Shown piece after piece: positions 50,022-53,069 of a stretch of DNA of 53,069 bases. The DNA comes from a virus. Its lineage: Duplodnaviria > Caudoviricetes. The position numbers were made by a program, and so were the translations under genes. The stretch spans positions 1 to 53,069 of IMG/VR virus record IMGVR_UViG_3300037883_000032; one strand, written 5' to 3'. Each line of letters begins with the position of its first letter. Position 1 is the first letter of the stretch. Below the pieces are notes generated by a model, which was not told the DNA's origin, did no database searches, and saw only the letters and a program-made list of their open reading frames with translations.

Positions 50022-50447
50022 GCCGCTAGTCGATCTCGTTCGAGCCCCAGGATGTATTCGCCGACGAGCCTTCCGAGTTGGACTTGAACTCCGTCGCCGA
50101 GAGCCGACAGTCGGGATCGCTCCACCCGGCGGGCGCGCCGATCATCCACTCGACGAATGAGGGGCTCAGGCGCAGGTCCGTGAACCTGCTCCCAACGTCG
50201 GATTGCGGGTCCGTACTCGCCCCACTCCACTGGTATGCCACGTCGGTCAGTGTCGTCCCCGAGTGGTGTCGGCTGTCTGCGCGACGCCCCGACAGTCGCC
50301 GACGATGGTGACACCGGGGTATCGGATCCCGAGGACTTCTCTACGCCACGCGTCGACCTCGCAGAGCCACTCGTGTCTCCACCCGGCGAGGGTGAGGCCG
50401 TAGGCGAGGAGCCCGATGCCGAGTCCGCCGACCGTCGGGGCATTCAT
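50018..50447 (-). pseudogene. C5-cytosine methyltransferase remnant with large internal deletion
   Basis: Degenerate motifs I-III (GIG...AGW...CEVD...VL..RYP...GD) then stop; motif X (RLSALGDGV) and motif IX-like (LSPSFVEWMIG.P.GW.D) in different frames; no PC or ENV motifs. Confidence 0.7.
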
Positions 50448-50947
50448 GTCGCCATTCGCGTTTGAAAGTGCGCGGGGGTCTCGGCCTCGGGGTGAGCGCC
50501 AGCGGCGAGGCGCAACACGACGAGGCCCCGGTCCTTGGTGAGCCGGTCGAGGCGCTTGAAGCCGGCGCGCAGGAAGCACCGGCCCGGATCGCGCTTGCGG
50601 CGAATCTTCGAGGCGTCGACGAACGTGAGCGTCCCTCCGGGGGGCGGTGCGCCCCACTCAGCGCGGGTCGCAGCGACGGCCTCGCAGATCAGCTCGCTCG
50701 ACAGGTGTTCGCTCTCGTTGCGGAACAGCGTGCAGATCCACGCGTCACCAAGACCGTGCATCGTGTACGCGTGCAGCGGCCAGCTCGTTACCCAGCCAGC
50801 GTCGCCGGCGGCCGTGATGAGCGGCAGGCACCGGCCGGGCGGCGCGAACTGCGCAGCTCCGACCGTCTTGCGACTGTAGTGACGGTCGGCGAGGGCTGCC
50901 AGGCGTGGGTCGGCGCGCCACGTCCGCTGCCAGCGTGGGGTGCTCAT
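50444..50947 (-). CDS. Conserved phage protein, possible Mom-like GNAT DNA-modification enzyme
   Basis: DRHYSR...QF.PPG, C.LFRNE...SSELI..A, T.VD..K...PG.CF..AGF; next to the methyltransferases. Confidence 0.55.
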   Translation of the reverse strand: MSTPRWQRTWRADPRLAALADRHYSRKTVGAAQFAPPGRCLPLITAAGDAGWVTSWPLHAYTMHGLGDAWICTLFRNESEHLSSELICEAVAATRAEWGAPPPGGTLTFVDASKIRRKRDPGRCFLRAGFKRLDRLTKDRGLVVLRLAAGAHPEAETPAHFQTRMAT

Positions 50948-51348
50948 GTGTAATCCCGCTCGAGTGCCCACTCCAGGTCCAGCTCGCGCGCGAAGTCGAA
51001 CACCCACCGTGCGAACCGCAGCAGGAGCTCCTTCGAGAACCGCCGGTAGCCGCTGTGATGGTTCGCGTGGCAGCGTTTGCAAACCGCGAGCCGGTTACGG
51101 GTGTCGAAGCGGACGGTCTCGAAGTCGTAGCCGCGCTGCCGTGCGTATTTGCGTAGCGTCTGCTCCTTCACGATGTGGTGGCCTTCGGTCGCTGGGCGTT
51201 CCCGGCAGGCGACGCAGATGCTGCCGCGCACCGCGGCGTTCCACAGGATCTTGCGCTTGTCGACCTGGCGGTGGCCGATCGCCTTGCCGCCCGTCATCAC
51301 GACGACGCGGCGTAGTGGCTTGCCGCGTTTCAGCGCGGTGCGCTTCAC
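50944..51348 (-). CDS. HNH endonuclease
   Basis: KRT.LKR.KPL.R N-terminus, CVAC, GHHI, N.LAVCKRCH..HH. Confidence 0.8.
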   Translation of the reverse strand: MKRTALKRGKPLRRVVVMTGGKAIGHRQVDKRKILWNAAVRGSICVACRERPATEGHHIVKEQTLRKYARQRGYDFETVRFDTRNRLAVCKRCHANHHSGYRRFSKELLLRFARWVFDFARELDLEWALERDYT

Positions 51349-51956
51349 GTCTTCAGGGTCACCTTCGCGCGGCGCGGGCCCGGGGAGCCGGGGACCTTCG
51401 CGCGGTCCAGGGCAGCGCCGGTGCCGGCCACCTTGCGCAGCGCGTTGATCCCCGCGGCGATCGCGCCAGCGCTGTGGTCGGCCTTCGCGATCGGCAGCTC
51501 GTTCTCGCCGAGCGTCAGCTTGATCTGCGCGAGGCCTTCGGCGACGCCCTTCAGCGGCAGGTTCAAGGGCACGTCGAGGGTTAGCGTGACCTGCCGGCGG
51601 AGCGCTTTGCCGGCGGCCTCCGCGGTGATCGTGCCGCGCTCGACGAGCGCGAGCAGCTCGACCTCCAGCAGGTCGGGCGGGTAGGTCTCTGTGCCGGCCG
51701 TCGGCGAGCTGCCCTTGATCTCCCACTGGCGGCCCTCCTTCGGGTCGCCGACGCGCAGCGTCCAGGACGCCTCGCGGTCCATGCGGGCGACCAGCTCATC
51801 GCTGACCGCGCCGGCGGCCTCGGCGAGGGCCGTCCGCACTTCGTCCAGGTTGCTCATGTACTCCGCGAGGCGCTCTGTCGACGCGTCTAACGGGACGATC
51901 TCACCGGTCTTGAAGTCGACGACCTCGGTCGTGACGACTGCGATGGCCTCGGCCAT
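51345..51956 (-). CDS. Hypothetical protein
   Basis: 203 aa; VD..TGEI N-terminus typical of recombination-module genes. Confidence 0.65.
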   Translation of the reverse strand: MAEAIAVVTTEVVDFKTGEIVPLDASTERLAEYMSNLDEVRTALAEAAGAVSDELVARMDREASWTLRVGDPKEGRQWEIKGSSPTAGTETYPPDLLEVELLALVERGTITAEAAGKALRRQVTLTLDVPLNLPLKGVAEGLAQIKLTLGENELPIAKADHSAGAIAAGINALRKVAGTGAALDRAKVPGSPGPRRAKVTLKT

Positions 51957-51957
51957 G

Positions 51958-53067
51958 TCAGCTTCCCTGCTCGGCGACGCGTTCGCCGTACTCGCGGTCG
52001 AGTTTCTCCTGCTCGCTCTCGCCCTTCGGGGTCGTCGCTGGCGCGGGCTGTGTCTCGTCGCGCTCGGCCATCTTGCCGAGCGTTTCGCGGCGCTTGCGGA
52101 CGGCCGCGGCGACCCTCGTGACCTGTGCGAGCGCGAAGTGCGGAAGATACGCCTCGCGGCGGGCGCCGGCGCGGTCGACGCCGGCGGCCTGTTCGATCTC
52201 GTTCAGGATCGCGCCGATCGAGTTGTGGTCGGGCGCCACGTCGGGCTTGCCGAGCAGGTACGCGATCGCGTTGCGCGCGTTCGTGACCTGCGCCTCGGTC
52301 GCCGCCGGCCCGTACGGCGGACCGGCCGCCGGCGCTGCCTCCGAGGTCTCGCCGTTCTCGGTGGCCTCGGCGGTCGCCTGGTCCTCCATGTCCTGCGTGA
52401 ACAGCGCGCTCGCGCCGGTGACGAGGAGAACAGCGTCGACGAGCGCACGCTTGCGCGCCATCTTGATGACCGTGTTCCACAAGTCCGGCAGGTCGGGGTT
52501 GTCGATCTCGCCGACCTCCTGACCCTCGATGTCGTGGTTGCCGACCGCGAACTTCGCGTCACAGCCGCCGCGCTTCTTCCAACACACCCAGCCGCCGCCG
52601 AACTGCGGCTTGCCCTTGATGATCGCCTCGACGCCGCACGTCGGGCATTTCCGCTCCTGTTTGCGGTAGGCGTACTTCCGCTCACGGGTCGTGCAGAGAC
52701 CCTCGCCGCGGCCGAGGCGCGCGCCCGTCACGGCGTGAAAGATCGTGCAGTACGCGGGGACCGTCAGGTGGTCACCTGGGCCGTAGCGCTCGTCGTGGGT
52801 GATCTGCACGTCGAGCTGGAATAGGACGGCGAGCTTCTCGGCGCCGGGCTTCAGCAGCGTGGGCTTCTGTGTGCCGGGGATCACGCCGTAGTCGACATCG
52901 ACCTGCATCGCGTCCTCCATCGCTTCCTTGATCGTGTCGAGGCGCTTGACGAGATCGCCGGCGTTCACGTCCGTCGTCGCGGGAACGGGCGCGGGGGTGG
53001 CTGGCATCAGTGCCTGGCCGACGACCTGGCCCGGCTCGACGACGGTCGCGTCCTGGATGTGCTCCTC
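51958..53067 (-). CDS. Putative ssDNA-annealing/recombination protein with zinc ribbon (5' end beyond window)
   Basis: DYG.IPG..KP.L.KPGAEKL...NT..KMA.KRALVDA...FTQD.ED; CPTCG..C...C insert; frame open to the edge. Confidence 0.6.
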   Translation of the reverse strand, partial: EEHIQDATVVEPGQVVGQALMPATPAPVPATTDVNAGDLVKRLDTIKEAMEDAMQVDVDYGVIPGTQKPTLLKPGAEKLAVLFQLDVQITHDERYGPGDHLTVPAYCTIFHAVTGARLGRGEGLCTTRERKYAYRKQERKCPTCGVEAIIKGKPQFGGGWVCWKKRGGCDAKFAVGNHDIEGQEVGEIDNPDLPDLWNTVIKMARKRALVDAVLLVTGASALFTQDMEDQATAEATENGETSEAAPAAGPPYGPAATEAQVTNARNAIAYLLGKPDVAPDHNSIGAILNEIEQAAGVDRAGARREAYLPHFALAQVTRVAAAVRKRRETLGKMAERDETQPAPATTPKGESEQEKLDREYGERVAEQGS

Positions 53068-53069
53068 GG

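Noticed and set aside
1-53069. Alternative genetic code, reverse transcriptase/DGR or retron system
   Set aside because: Core genes read through in code 11 with normal stops; no RT motifs or template/variable repeat pair noticed by eye

Overview
A 53-kb, very GC-rich segment of a tailed dsDNA phage (siphovirus-type; tape measure protein and tail chaperones with a -1 frameshift, no sheath gene), cut at both ends and encoded almost entirely on the minus strand. In transcription order (right to left) it holds: a recombination/DNA-modification block (SSAP-like gene, HNH, Mom/GNAT-like protein, C5-methyltransferase remnant, N4/N6 methyltransferase); many small early genes with repeated promoter and start-associated motifs; a putative small terminase, a GpgS-like glucosyltransferase and the large terminase; an island of small units (tRNA-Glu with a D-loop hairpin insertion, groES, HNH); portal, a MuF-RelA/SpoT fusion, GH25 lysin, protease/scaffold, decoration protein and major capsid protein; head-tail genes interrupted by a ~6.7-kb glycosylation cassette and by three tandem small paralogues; then tail tube, tail chaperones and the start of the tape measure gene. 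The style of two secreted proteins hints at a Solirubrobacterales (Thermoleophilia) host, which is inference only. No integrase, replication polymerase or CRISPR array is visible. The strongest leads are the MuF-alarmone-synthetase toxin with candidate immunity gene, an HNH gene that duplicated and synonymously recoded the 5' end of its target gene, the glycosylation cassette, the D-loop-expanded tRNA, the three paralogues, and a repeated [LIFM]RE[ASG] protease-site signature in head proteins. All product calls come from motif recognition by eye, with no database searches.
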